Shown piece by piece: positions 18,693 through 29,189 of a stretch of 64,000 nt of DNA (its first letter is position 1; every line of letters begins with the position of its first letter). The DNA comes from an uncultured Bacteroidota bacterium (GTDB lineage Bacteria; Bacteroidota; Ignavibacteria; UBA10030; UBA8401): the NCBI GenBank assembly GCA_963827085.1, contig CAWGZY010000003.1, positions 1,372,856-1,436,855 of the forward strand, read 5' to 3'. The notes below the pieces were generated by a model, which saw nothing but the letters and a program-made list of their open reading frames with translations, was not told the DNA's origin and did no database searches. A program made the position numbers and the translations under genes.

Positions 18693-21431
18693 TTATTTCA
18701 ACAACATCATCTTTCTCGTTAATACTCCCCCCCCGGATTGCAGTTTATAAAAGTAGATTCCGCTGCTCAAACCGGCGGTCGAGAATTTCATTTCATGCGA
18801 TCCCGCGGCCTGAATTTCATTCGCCAGAACCGCCACTTCTCTCCCCAGAATATCATACACAGAGAGATATACTTTACCACTATACTTCAGCGTGTAGGAA
18901 ATGGTAGTGGACGGGTTAAACGGGTTCGGATAGTTTTGAAATAGAGAATAGGAAGCTGGAACGAACGATTTTTGCTGAACGCCCGTTACGCTTGGCTGAA
19001 GAATAGCCACCCGGTCCGGCACAACCCAGGCGTCAGTGCTGCTCGGGTTTCTGTTTCCGGTGACACGAAGCTTGAACACATGGTCGCCTGCGGGGAGAAC
19101 CGGGCTCGTCCACATCAATTGATTGCCGATACGGGTAGCCTGATAGAAATCAATATCCGTTTCAGCACCGCCGTCTATGGATATCGCACCGATGCCGTGC
19201 CGGGGATCTCTGACGCCGTAAAATTTGATTTGAGTGCTATTGAAGGAAACCGTCACATAGTCGTTTGTAACATTGTCCCACGAGTTGCTCTGGTCGAACA
19301 GTTCCGTTCCGCACTCAGTGCAGTGCTGCCAACCGGAGCCGACATAGTCGAATTCGTCAGCAGCTGTACCCGCCACTGCGTCGTCGACGGTGAGCCATCC
19401 TCCTCCGCCTGTGCTGACGACCGAGAAGTTGTCAAATTCCGCATTCTGCCATTTACTCGTCAGCAGACCAACCTGCCCGGAATTGTACGTGCCATCGTTT
19501 ACGGCAGCAACGAGCGATGAATCGATGAAAGCTTGTATGCTGTCTGAGTTGAACCAAAGCGAAAAATTGTGCCAACTGTTCAGCGGGAATGGCTTTGTTC
19601 CGGACCCCAGCTGAGTATCGTTCCCGCTAATATCTTCTTTGAAGAGGGTCCAGGTGCCGGCGTTCGTTATGCGTAGATGATAACCTTGAGAGGCTCCCGG
19701 CGATCCTTCCGATTGCGCTCCTAAATAACCGATAAGATCGATGTACCCTCCCTGTTCCAGCAGCGCATCCGCGCGTACCACGTAATTAGACCAGCCGGGA
19801 TCTCCGACAACGACAAGCGGAGCCGTCGGCGAACCCCCGGGCCACTCGAGTGGTGCGAGATTAATCTCCTGTCGCATGCAAAGTCCACTTCGCCCGCCTC
19901 GACAACTATCTGCTTCAAACGCCCCCTGGATCGAATCGAAATATTTCGGTATTTCTCCTAATGAATCTTCTTCAAAATTCTCTGTATACGGCAATCCCAA
20001 TGATGCCGACGCCGGCGATGTCGCCGTTCCCTTCACTTGACCGGTTGCGGTGCTTAGGGTGTAAACATACCCCGGTTGAAAGGTGATGCTGTAACTTCCG
20101 TCGTTCGGCACGATATCATTGTTTTGCACAAAATAATCTGATGAATTTGATGAAGTAAGATTTGTTGACCACACATGCACTGAGTCCCCCGGCAGCCCGC
20201 CACTGACAGAGAGGGCTGCTGTTTGGGGTGTGGTCGCGTCCACTGTTTCAACGATAACACTATAATTTTTATTGTCGGGTGATTTGAGTGTTACGTAGCT
20301 GCCGTTGGCGCGGTTTCCTCCAAAATATCCGCAGCCGCTGTCCACGTATTGCCAGCCGACCTGAACAAACTGACCAGTGTGCGCCATGACCCAGATACTT
20401 TTCCCGACATGGTAATATCCCGACCACGGCTGATCTGCAAGCATCAGCCCATCTCCATAGTACGGCAAGGTGTTATACCATGCGGCAATCAAGCTCCAGT
20501 TGATATACGCGGTCATTCTGCTGTCGATATAGTCGCGATTGAGCGCGCGCGCGAGGGGTATGGCTCCGAGATCATAGTTCTGGGATCCGCTCTCGCTCGC
20601 CCAAATTCGTTTGTTCAATCCTTCTGCAACGGAAGTGTAGGTGTTGTCGGAGCAATCCTGTTCCGGCGCCATCCAGCCGCACGGATAGTGAACGCCCATA
20701 ATATCCACGGCAGACTTAAACGCAGAATCGGCAGCCAGGTCAGCAGCGACGTTCCACCAGTTGTCCGCCGCCACCACTTGCGTTGTCAATCCATTACTCA
20801 GCAGTGCATTCTTCAAATTTTCAAACCAGCCCTTATCCCATCCAGATTCGTTCCAGCCGCCGATGTAATCGATATGCAAATTATGGTCGGACTGTGCATG
20901 TTTGATCCAGCTGATGATATAGTTGATATTATCCTGCGACCACATACCGCCGTTAAACCAACCCAGCCCCCCCCATTCCAATCCATACAGTTTGATATTA
21001 GGATTGCGAAGTTTCGCCTGTTCCATAAGCCACCACTCGTAGCCGCGGTTATAGTTTGAATCGGTTCGCGACCGCATGTGACTCGCCTCTGCTCCGTTCG
21101 TGCTGTTTGCGTCATCGCCGATTTCAACTTTCAAAATCTGCAAACTCGCGCCGTAGTTCGGCTTGAAGAGGTAATCTAATATTTCATTCCGCTGTTGAAC
21201 AGGGTAATCCCAGAGCAGGCGGGAGGTCCCGCCCCCACCGCTCAATCCGCCAACACCATCGAAAGCCCGGCCTGTGGAAGTACCGCTAACGAGAATATTT
21301 GTCGTGTCTTGAGCAACCGCAGGCGGGAGGTCCACCAGAAACAAAAGGAGAAAAACAAAGAAATAGAAAGACCGTGAAAGGATGGAATATAAAAATCCGT
21401 CAGGTTGTGACAGGAACATTTGAAATTTCAT
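18693..21431 (-). CDS. GH59 (galactocerebrosidase-like) beta-galactosidase homolog with C-terminal carbohydrate-binding-like domains and a T9SS sorting domain
   Basis: The N-terminal catalytic region is FDGVGGLSGGGGTSRLLWDYPVQQRNEILDYLFKPNYGASLQILKVEIGDD...YEWWLM...IDYIGGWNE. From memory this closely matches the conserved N-terminus of eukaryotic galactosylceramidase. The C-terminus is QNYPNPFNPSTTISYTL...GIYFYKLQ. Start taken at MKFQMFLS (21431); the ORF opens at 21482. Confidence 0.8.
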   Translation of the reverse strand: MKFQMFLSQPDGFLYSILSRSFYFFVFLLLFLVDLPPAVAQDTTNILVSGTSTGRAFDGVGGLSGGGGTSRLLWDYPVQQRNEILDYLFKPNYGASLQILKVEIGDDANSTNGAEASHMRSRTDSNYNRGYEWWLMEQAKLRNPNIKLYGLEWGGLGWFNGGMWSQDNINYIISWIKHAQSDHNLHIDYIGGWNESGWDKGWFENLKNALLSNGLTTQVVAADNWWNVAADLAADSAFKSAVDIMGVHYPCGWMAPEQDCSDNTYTSVAEGLNKRIWASESGSQNYDLGAIPLARALNRDYIDSRMTAYINWSLIAAWYNTLPYYGDGLMLADQPWSGYYHVGKSIWVMAHTGQFVQVGWQYVDSGCGYFGGNRANGSYVTLKSPDNKNYSVIVETVDATTPQTAALSVSGGLPGDSVHVWSTNLTSSNSSDYFVQNNDIVPNDGSYSITFQPGYVYTLSTATGQVKGTATSPASASLGLPYTENFEEDSLGEIPKYFDSIQGAFEADSCRGGRSGLCMRQEINLAPLEWPGGSPTAPLVVVGDPGWSNYVVRADALLEQGGYIDLIGYLGAQSEGSPGASQGYHLRITNAGTWTLFKEDISGNDTQLGSGTKPFPLNSWHNFSLWFNSDSIQAFIDSSLVAAVNDGTYNSGQVGLLTSKWQNAEFDNFSVVSTGGGGWLTVDDAVAGTAADEFDYVGSGWQHCTECGTELFDQSNSWDNVTNDYVTVSFNSTQIKFYGVRDPRHGIGAISIDGGAETDIDFYQATRIGNQLMWTSPVLPAGDHVFKLRVTGNRNPSSTDAWVVPDRVAILQPSVTGVQQKSFVPASYSLFQNYPNPFNPSTTISYTLKYSGKVYLSVYDILGREVAVLANEIQAAGSHEMKFSTAGLSSGIYFYKLQSGGGVLTRKMMLLK

Positions 21432-21558
21432 TTTGAGGATCCTCACGAAATATTGTTGAACCGTCTCCGTCTCGAAATGCACGGATCATTCCTTCTCTCG
21501 ATTCTTCCATGGTACCTTGACGAAAGGCCGTCAACAATATCTGGACCCCGAAACGAGT

Positions 21559-24033
21559 TTATTTGGACTGGATCAGAACACTCGATCCATCCAGTCCATC
21601 CGATGCCGCTTCGAGCGTCACCGTTCCCGCTTTCCTGGTCGATTGCACTACAACGAGAACCAGACCGTTGAAGGCTTTCCGGTAATCTGCTTTGAACGGC
21701 TCAAGGTCCGTCTCGGAGCCGTTATCGACACCGGCTATTTTTCCTTCACCCGAAATCTTGAACCGGACGAGATTGCCGGCATTCGGCACCAGCGTTCCTT
21801 TATCGTCGAGAACCTTCACCGTTACGAACGAAAGGTCCCTGCCGTCGGCTGAAATTTCTTTTCGGTCCGGCTGAAGTACGATCTTCGCCGGCGCACCCGC
21901 AGTTTTCACTTCTTCCGTCAGGACACTGCTCCCCTTTTTGCCGACGGCCTTCAACGTGCCCGGTTCGTACGCAAGCCGCCACATCATGTGCAGTTCATCG
22001 CCAGTCTTCTTCCTGACCCCCACCGATTTGCCGTTGAGGAATAATTCCACCTCGTCGCAATTCGTGTACGCCCAGACGTCGATTGTCTGACCGTTCTTCC
22101 AATTCCAGTGAGGGAGGATGTGCAGCACCGGCTTCTTCGTCCATTCGCTCTGGTACATATAATAGACATCTTTCGGGAACCCTGCCAGGTCAAGAATGCC
22201 GAAATAGGAGCTGCGGGAAGGCCATTCGTACGGAGTCGGCTCGCCCAAATAATCGAAGCCGGTCCATATGAACATCCCCGACAGGAAATCATATTTTTTT
22301 ATCAGGCTCCAGACTTCTTCGTGCGTTGCTCCCCATGGCACGCGGCAGTTGTCGTATGCGGAGCACGAATGATCGGGGTTGCCGCCGGTGATCGGCTTGT
22401 CCCAGCTTGTCGGCCACACACGAGCGCTGTCGGACGGCATGTCGTAACTCCCGCGGGACTCCAGGGCGGAAGTTGTTTCGGAACCGATCCATTTCTTGCC
22501 GGGGTACACGACCGGGAAGAGGTGATAATCGTTCTGGCCGTAACTGTAGCCGATGAGGTCAAGTGCACCGGAGCGAATGACCGGGTTATCGGGTCTTTGA
22601 TCGTTCGTGTTGGAGGTGATCGGTCGCGTCGTGTCGAGGTTTCTTATAATCCCAACCAAGTCCTGTGCGATCAATGCGCCGCTGTTATCTTGGTGATCCC
22701 ATTGTTCAGTGACTTCATTCCCGATGCTCCAGATGAAAACGCTCGGATGGTTCCTGTCGCGCAGGACCATGTCCTCTAAATCCCGCTTGTGCCATTCTTC
22801 AAAATCGCGATGATAATCGAATTTCGTTTTTTCTTTCATCCACATATCGAACGCTTCATCCATCACGATGAATCCCATCTCATCGCACAGGTCGAGAAGT
22901 TCGGGTGCGGGGGGATTATGTGATGTGCGGATGCCGTTGCATCCCATTTCTTTTAAAAGTTCGAGCTGGCGCTGCAGGGCGCGTGTATTGATCGCTGCGC
23001 CGAGGCAGCCGAGATCGTGGTGGTTGCAAACTCCCAAGATCTTCATCCGTTTGCCGTTCAGGAAGAATCCCTTCGAGCTGTCGAAGGAAAACGTTCTGAT
23101 TCCAAATGCCGTCGTCGCTCCTGCGTTCACCATGCTTCCGCGCTCGACGGTCGTCGCCGCGCGGTACAAAACGGGAGAGTCGACCGACCAGAGTTTCGGG
23201 TTCACAACGGTGAGGTTTTGATCAAACTCGTACACGGAGCCTTTCGGAACAACGGCGTTCGACTGAGTCGATGCCACGCTCTTGCCGTTCTTGTCGATGA
23301 TTGTGGTCTTGAGAGTGACCGTTTGATCCTGTTCGAGCGCATTCGTGACCTTGGTTTTGACATTCACCGCAGCCGATGCTTCGGTGACGACGGGCGTGGT
23401 TACGAACGTGCCCCAATGATCCACGAAAACCTTTTCCGTCGTTACCAGCCTGACATTCCTGTAGATTCCCGACCCGGAATACCAACGTGAGTTCGGCTGC
23501 TGAGAATTGTCGACTCTGACTGCCAGGACATTCTTCTCATTCCCGTACTTCATGTACGCGGTCAGTTCGTATTGAAATGACGAGTAGCCGTACGGCCTTT
23601 TGCCAAGATAGTGGCCATTGATCCAGACCTCGCTATTTCTGTACACACCATCGAATTGTATAAAAGTAAGCTTTTCTTTATCGGATTCAGGGACTGTAAA
23701 AGTTTTTCTGTACCATCCGATCCCGCCGGGCAGGGCGCCTCCACCAACACCTGCAGGATTGTCCGGGCTGAATTGCCCTTCGATAGCCCAATCGTGCGGC
23801 AGGTCAAGCATTCTCCATTGCGAGTCATCCAACGCAGGGCTTTCGCCATTCTTAACATCTCCGAGGAAAAAGTGCCAATCATTGCAAAAGAGCCAATTCT
23901 TGGAAATCGGTTCCGCTTTTCCGGGTTGTGCCGAGAAGAGACCGCCTGTGAACAACACGAGGAGTGCGACAAAAACGCTCAGGAGGCCGAGGCCCTTCGC
24001 CACATTCGATGACTGTATTTTCATGGATGACAT
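21559..24033 (-). CDS. GH2 beta-galactosidase, Sec signal peptide, no T9SS domain
   Basis: It shows the GH2 sugar-binding, immunoglobulin-like and TIM-barrel arrangement, with DWHFFLGDV, LPHDWAIEG and WSIGNE-type motifs. It is 824 aa. Confidence 0.9.
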   Translation of the reverse strand: MSSMKIQSSNVAKGLGLLSVFVALLVLFTGGLFSAQPGKAEPISKNWLFCNDWHFFLGDVKNGESPALDDSQWRMLDLPHDWAIEGQFSPDNPAGVGGGALPGGIGWYRKTFTVPESDKEKLTFIQFDGVYRNSEVWINGHYLGKRPYGYSSFQYELTAYMKYGNEKNVLAVRVDNSQQPNSRWYSGSGIYRNVRLVTTEKVFVDHWGTFVTTPVVTEASAAVNVKTKVTNALEQDQTVTLKTTIIDKNGKSVASTQSNAVVPKGSVYEFDQNLTVVNPKLWSVDSPVLYRAATTVERGSMVNAGATTAFGIRTFSFDSSKGFFLNGKRMKILGVCNHHDLGCLGAAINTRALQRQLELLKEMGCNGIRTSHNPPAPELLDLCDEMGFIVMDEAFDMWMKEKTKFDYHRDFEEWHKRDLEDMVLRDRNHPSVFIWSIGNEVTEQWDHQDNSGALIAQDLVGIIRNLDTTRPITSNTNDQRPDNPVIRSGALDLIGYSYGQNDYHLFPVVYPGKKWIGSETTSALESRGSYDMPSDSARVWPTSWDKPITGGNPDHSCSAYDNCRVPWGATHEEVWSLIKKYDFLSGMFIWTGFDYLGEPTPYEWPSRSSYFGILDLAGFPKDVYYMYQSEWTKKPVLHILPHWNWKNGQTIDVWAYTNCDEVELFLNGKSVGVRKKTGDELHMMWRLAYEPGTLKAVGKKGSSVLTEEVKTAGAPAKIVLQPDRKEISADGRDLSFVTVKVLDDKGTLVPNAGNLVRFKISGEGKIAGVDNGSETDLEPFKADYRKAFNGLVLVVVQSTRKAGTVTLEAASDGLDGSSVLIQSK

Positions 24034-24114
24034 TCCTTATCATTTAGAAACACCTGCAGCTCAAAAGAGCTGCAGGCGTGATGCGTCTTTGTAGAAGGAT
24101 TTGTTACAACCTGA
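24012..24114 (-). repeat. Copy B of the duplicated junction module: 5' UTR hairpin plus the first 7 codons of the GH2 gene
   Basis: Hairpin CCTGCAGCTC-aaaa-GAGCTGCAGG (24053-24076) lies 19 nt upstream of the GH2 ATG at 24033. The first codons MSSMKIQ resemble the upstream-ORF start MSPMKIL. Confidence 0.6.
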
Positions 24115-24246
24115 TCAATTATGTAGCATCCTTCCACGTTACAGTGTCGACTCACTGAGTCTCTCGTGTTACCATGTCCGGGTCGAGGGAAGAACACCCC
24201 TTCCTCCCTCACCCGGATATAGATCACTAACAGCTCAGCTTGGCAC

Positions 24247-26376
24247 TTATTTCATCAACAACATCTTCTTCACTTGCATGAACGTTTGTGACTTTCCATC
24301 CACAGGAACAGCGGAAATACGATAGAAATAGACCCCGCTGCTTGCCATGGTGCCTCTGGAGTTTGTTCCATTCCACACGACCGAGTAGTAACTCGGACCC
24401 TGCACGCCATTCACCAGCGTTGCAACCTCCTGGCCGAGCACCGAGTATATCTTGACGGTCACGCGGCTTGCTTGGGCGATACCGTACTGAATAGTCGTTG
24501 AGGGGTTGAACGGATTCGGGTAGTTGTTTTCCAACGTGAACGATGTCGGAATACCCGAGGAAGCGTTTTTCACACTCAAGACTGTTATGTGCACGAAGTC
24601 TGATGTATCACGCGGAAGAAGCTCGTAACCATTGTTCACAGTAGTGCCGGATGAGTATTGGCCTCCTATGAAGACGGCATTGACAGGATATGCCGGTTCG
24701 GGCGAGCCGCCAATGTCTGTACTCGCATTGACATACACCTGAGCCGTATCTGCTTTGCTTCTGTCGGTCACGTAAATAGTTCCACTAGCAGCGGCCGCCG
24801 GCCATGTGCCGGATGCCTTGTAGAGTGTGTCGATTTGGATCAACACTCCTTCGTAGTTCTCAGCATTCTTTACATATTGGCTAAGCGTCACGAGCTTTGG
24901 CTTCGGAACCACTGCTTTGTGTTTCAAAAATGTGAAGTGGGCGGAATCCAATACAAGGGGCGTAAATTCTGTCAAACCATGATACTGAGCAACCGTTCCG
25001 ATAACAAGCACGGAATCACCGACTACAAAGGTTGTTTTCCCCAAGCCAGAAGCGAAGACTTCTATGCCTGCCGTCGCGTCCTGTATGAAATATGCAGTGT
25101 TACTTGCCTGAAGATTCGGCGATGTGACGACCCCTGATATTATGAGCGTATCCTTTGTGACCGAATGGTCGGGGATAAGGGGATTGATAGTCTGCTTTCG
25201 CGCTTCGGCGATCGTTGTCCACCGTGTTTTGATTCTGTTTAATCGCACGTTGTCGAAGTCAATCCAACCGCCTGAGTATTGATTCTCAAGCAGAACCGCT
25301 ACATTGTTACCGATGCTTTTAGGAACTGAATCCGCATAGAAAATCATTGAATTGTCCTGATACAGGGTATAGGGTGCGGCAAAACTGATATTGGCAGAGT
25401 CGCCAGTATGGTAAGCAGTATCGCAATACCCTATCTCCAGATGGAACGTCGGTGCATTATAGCCGTTCGCCGCGTCCACTCTTAACTTGAACACGTCGCC
25501 TGGCCTGATGACGTAGCTTGCAACGTCATGGATTGGCGGATCGGGTGTTCCCCCCAAGTACGCGTCGTATGCTCCATCGGTGACATAGTTCCCCTGCTCG
25601 ATGCCCGAATCATAAGTTCCCAAACTGTCGTCTGTCCAGCCAGGAATATTTATTCCATGCTTGCCATGTCCCGGATCCGTATTGGTGCCGTCGTTATCCC
25701 ATCCATTTATTTTTCCCGAGTCGGGGAGCTCGAAGCTGTAATTAGGCAATTCGATTATGGTCGAATCCATGTTCATTACCCGAACATTATCGAGATTAAG
25801 CCACGAGTTCGAGTCAGGACTCGCATTTTTGAAGTAGACGCCGATATAATGGCCAATAGCTGCCGAATCTGCAGAGGCTTTTATCGAAATTGAATATGTC
25901 GCCACGTTACTGGTCAATGTAATCGTATCCCCGACCATTACAACTCTGGGCGCGTTTGCCGTGTCGCCGTTCATATAGAACAACCTCATAACTAGGGTTG
26001 TGCCTTGGTAGTTATTTACTGCGTCTGCTTCCAGCTGGAGCTGATCGTCGGCTTCCACACGCCGTTTGAGAACCTGGTATATTCCGGGATCATAGCCCAT
26101 AAGATATGCTCGATATTTTCCTCCCATGTTGGTCGCCGGTTCGACACCCGAATCGAACGTCGATGAATCCGGAGCATCAACACTCCAGCCCGGGACAACA
26201 ATAACTTTGAAGCCGGTCCCGGTATGTGTACTTTTTCCCATGAAGCCTTCTATCTTACCCGAGTCGGGCTTCTCAAAACCTGGATTAATAACCGTGATAT
26301 TCCTTTGTGCATACGTCTGTGTTGAAACAAATGCAAGCACAAATGCGAATAAAAACAATACCTTCAATGGTTTCAT
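24247..26376 (-). CDS. Secreted protein with two tandem lectin/CBM-like N-terminal repeats, an OB-fold-like domain and a T9SS C-terminal sorting domain
   Basis: It has a signal peptide (MKPLKVLFLFAFVLAFVSTQTYAQ). The two repeats begin INPGFEKPDSGKIEGF... and PNYSFELPDSGKINGW.... The C-terminus is NNYPNPFNPSTTIQYGI...GVYFYRI. Confidence 0.75.
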   Translation of the reverse strand: MKPLKVLFLFAFVLAFVSTQTYAQRNITVINPGFEKPDSGKIEGFMGKSTHTGTGFKVIVVPGWSVDAPDSSTFDSGVEPATNMGGKYRAYLMGYDPGIYQVLKRRVEADDQLQLEADAVNNYQGTTLVMRLFYMNGDTANAPRVVMVGDTITLTSNVATYSISIKASADSAAIGHYIGVYFKNASPDSNSWLNLDNVRVMNMDSTIIELPNYSFELPDSGKINGWDNDGTNTDPGHGKHGINIPGWTDDSLGTYDSGIEQGNYVTDGAYDAYLGGTPDPPIHDVASYVIRPGDVFKLRVDAANGYNAPTFHLEIGYCDTAYHTGDSANISFAAPYTLYQDNSMIFYADSVPKSIGNNVAVLLENQYSGGWIDFDNVRLNRIKTRWTTIAEARKQTINPLIPDHSVTKDTLIISGVVTSPNLQASNTAYFIQDATAGIEVFASGLGKTTFVVGDSVLVIGTVAQYHGLTEFTPLVLDSAHFTFLKHKAVVPKPKLVTLSQYVKNAENYEGVLIQIDTLYKASGTWPAAAASGTIYVTDRSKADTAQVYVNASTDIGGSPEPAYPVNAVFIGGQYSSGTTVNNGYELLPRDTSDFVHITVLSVKNASSGIPTSFTLENNYPNPFNPSTTIQYGIAQASRVTVKIYSVLGQEVATLVNGVQGPSYYSVVWNGTNSRGTMASSGVYFYRISAVPVDGKSQTFMQVKKMLLMK

Positions 26377-26863
26377 TTTTACTTCTCCTTATTTTTTTCC
26401 ATACATTTGTCATCCAGTCCTTACAGAAACTGGATTTTTTAAAATGTGTGCATCGCCGATTATTTACTAAGACAACCGGCTCAGACCTCATGATAAAAAT
26501 TAAACGGCCGTTCGTCGAACCGTTATTTATGATCTGCCCTCGCTTTCTTCAGAATAATCTCCTGATTTTGTTAGTTGTGAACTTGAGACGAGAACGGCAG
26601 CAATACAGTAATGCACCAGCAGATTTGTATTGGCAACCTCTCTCTCAAATCGTTTATTAGATTGAATCAATAAGACTATGTACAGCATCTGATATACCAC
26701 CTCTTACCACCAAACAACGCTCCAAAGAAAATACCTCAAGCGTTATTTCAAGAACAATGACATCAAAAGTAGCTGTGCGACTGTTTTTCGAGCTTCCGGC
26801 AAATCGTGTTTGTGGTGGAGAGAATCTCATTCGCGATTTTCTTAATAATGGAGACGGACTTCG

Positions 26864-28816
26864 CTACTTCATTAGTACTAATTTCTTACTGATCTGGATA
26901 TTTCCGGCTTGGAGACGATAGAAATAGACCCCGCTTGCAAGCCTGCTCGCATCAAAGAGAGCGGTATAGCTGCCCGGACGCTGCATCCCCGAGAACAATG
27001 TCGCCACTTCTTGTCCGAGAACGTTATATACTTTTAATGAAATAAAGCCGGGCTGCGGTACCGAATATCCTATTGTCGTCGTCGGGTTGAACGGATTCGG
27101 GTAGTTTTGATTCAGTTTAAACGTCTCGGGGAGCGGAGCGTTCTTCCCTTCAACCGCCGACAGAAAATTCTTGCCAGCATCAAGCAGAACATACTCCACC
27201 GAAAAAGGAGGCGCGTTGAATGCTATGCTGTTTCCAATCGGGTATGCAACAGCGGCAATGTTCGGCAGGTCGGTATTCGGTCCCCAGACTGTCCCAGTGC
27301 CAGAATCCCCATTCACAACAACCGACTGCGGCAGTACGGCGGTAGCTCCCCCGGTGAGGGTGTACACATAGAAGCGATTGCCAACTCCAATATTTGACGG
27401 CTGTACCTTCACAACCTGGTCCGCGGATCCGATATTCAATACTACCACCGCGGTGTTTCCGGAGCTGAACGTGCTCGCATAAGCCAGGACATTGCTTCCC
27501 GTAACGGAGGAGCCAACCATGCGGTCGCCAAGAAACTGGCGCAGATAATAGAGATAGTAAAAATCGGGTCTTGGATTCCACAGCGGTACAGCGGGATTGT
27601 CTGGACTTATGTAATAGAACATTCCATCCGTATCCCAATTGGAAAGAAGCCAACGGCACGACATTCCTACGTTGCGTTCGGCCATTTCACAAAAAACGGT
27701 TACGGCCTGCATCCCATTCGCAATTGAAGTTTCAGCCGAAGCGGGTCCGCCTGTGTTCCACTCCGTCAATGTCAGCGGCCGATTGGCGCCCCCTTTGGTG
27801 GCAATGTCGCTGGCCATCGATGTCATATCGGCCTTCACCTGGATCCGGCCGTTGTACACCTGGCCGCCAACCGATGTATAGCCGCCTGCGTAGTAATCGT
27901 GCCACACATAGAAATCTACCGAGTCGCCTACAGTATTGAAAAGTTGCCTGTTCCAACCCTTGTTTCCGATGTTGCTGGAATTATCATCATTGTACTGATC
28001 GATGATAGCGCCAACGTAGACAGTGTCGCCCATTTCCGCCGCGGCAGCTCTCATGGAATCCCTGAAGACTTTGAAGTGCTGACCGTAGAGATTTCCCGAT
28101 ATTATTGCCGGCTGTCCATCTTTGTTCAGCGCCGTATCGATCAGCCAACCTGCTTCCCACGGTCCTGAAACCTCGTTGCCGACCTCCCAGAATTTAGTAC
28201 GGCCGGCATCGTAACGAACCCAATTTGCCGCGAGATGGGCAGCTTGTTGAACTGGATGCGCGCTGGTACCATAACGGGCATAAGCATAATTAACCGTAAT
28301 CAATCCCTGGGCGCCGGTCTTGTTCCGCAAATCATAATATCCCGCAGGCGTCAAAGCTTGGTTCGCACCGAACGCGGGGGAAAGCGAAGACTCCGTATAT
28401 GCGCCGGTGGTGTAATTATATGTCGTTCCGCTGGGAATGGAATTAGGCAAATCACCGGGATCACCGTTCCAGAAATAAACATCCGACCAGCTCCCGCCCG
28501 GAAAACGAATAAGACTGGGAGCCAGCATGTTCACCCATTTTATCATCACCGTGTTATCCAGGTCTTGTCCAACCCAGACCGCAACCGCATTTCCAAGAAG
28601 GTACGGCGACACCTTCCCAAGAGTATCTGCCGCATTGACGATCACCGTGGCGGTAGGCGCCGCAGTTGGCGCGGTAGAATCGACATAAGGAGGAATCACA
28701 GCGGTTTTCGGTTTGAAATCATTGAGGAAACAATTTGTGCTGTCCTGTGCGAAAAGGGAAGTCATTGAAGCGGCCAATACCGCGAATATTAGTAATACGT
28801 ATCCGGTTCTTGTCAC
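26864..28816 (-). CDS. Clan GH-A glycoside hydrolase (GH51/GH79-like motifs, family unassigned) with T9SS C-terminal sorting domain
   Basis: The motifs IRFPGGSWSDVYFWNG and KFWEVGNEVSGPWEAGW parallel the GH51 motifs [14 protein letters not shown] and [12 protein letters not shown] seen in the gene at 36236. It has a signal peptide. The C-terminus is QNYPNPFNPTTTIGYSV...GVYFYRLQ. Confidence 0.7.
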   Translation of the reverse strand: MTRTGYVLLIFAVLAASMTSLFAQDSTNCFLNDFKPKTAVIPPYVDSTAPTAAPTATVIVNAADTLGKVSPYLLGNAVAVWVGQDLDNTVMIKWVNMLAPSLIRFPGGSWSDVYFWNGDPGDLPNSIPSGTTYNYTTGAYTESSLSPAFGANQALTPAGYYDLRNKTGAQGLITVNYAYARYGTSAHPVQQAAHLAANWVRYDAGRTKFWEVGNEVSGPWEAGWLIDTALNKDGQPAIISGNLYGQHFKVFRDSMRAAAAEMGDTVYVGAIIDQYNDDNSSNIGNKGWNRQLFNTVGDSVDFYVWHDYYAGGYTSVGGQVYNGRIQVKADMTSMASDIATKGGANRPLTLTEWNTGGPASAETSIANGMQAVTVFCEMAERNVGMSCRWLLSNWDTDGMFYYISPDNPAVPLWNPRPDFYYLYYLRQFLGDRMVGSSVTGSNVLAYASTFSSGNTAVVVLNIGSADQVVKVQPSNIGVGNRFYVYTLTGGATAVLPQSVVVNGDSGTGTVWGPNTDLPNIAAVAYPIGNSIAFNAPPFSVEYVLLDAGKNFLSAVEGKNAPLPETFKLNQNYPNPFNPTTTIGYSVPQPGFISLKVYNVLGQEVATLFSGMQRPGSYTALFDASRLASGVYFYRLQAGNIQISKKLVLMK

Positions 28817-29189
28817 GTTGGTTGCCTTCTTTTTGTCAAGATGTATCAGTGGCTGCTCACACGGGAAGCCCCAGCACTGTCCGGCTAGAACCGCCCGAAA
28901 ACTTCATTAGTGTACCATCATTCTTACCAGCGTATGTTACGCAAAACGCCGATATTATTGCCACGAAGTCGTGGAGAAAAAAATATTTTGAATCCTGAAC
29001 ATCACAACGTGAAGATTCCTGAAAATGCCTTTGTATCTAGTGGCAAGCTTTCTAAACTCTGCGTAACAACAGTTACCAGTTCAAAATGAGATTCTCGGTG
29101 TTATGGTCTTTCTTAGCACCCAGCGCGCGCATCAGAAAATCCTTGACTATGGTACTGAACTCCGCAAGAAATTATGAGCCAGATGGAAG

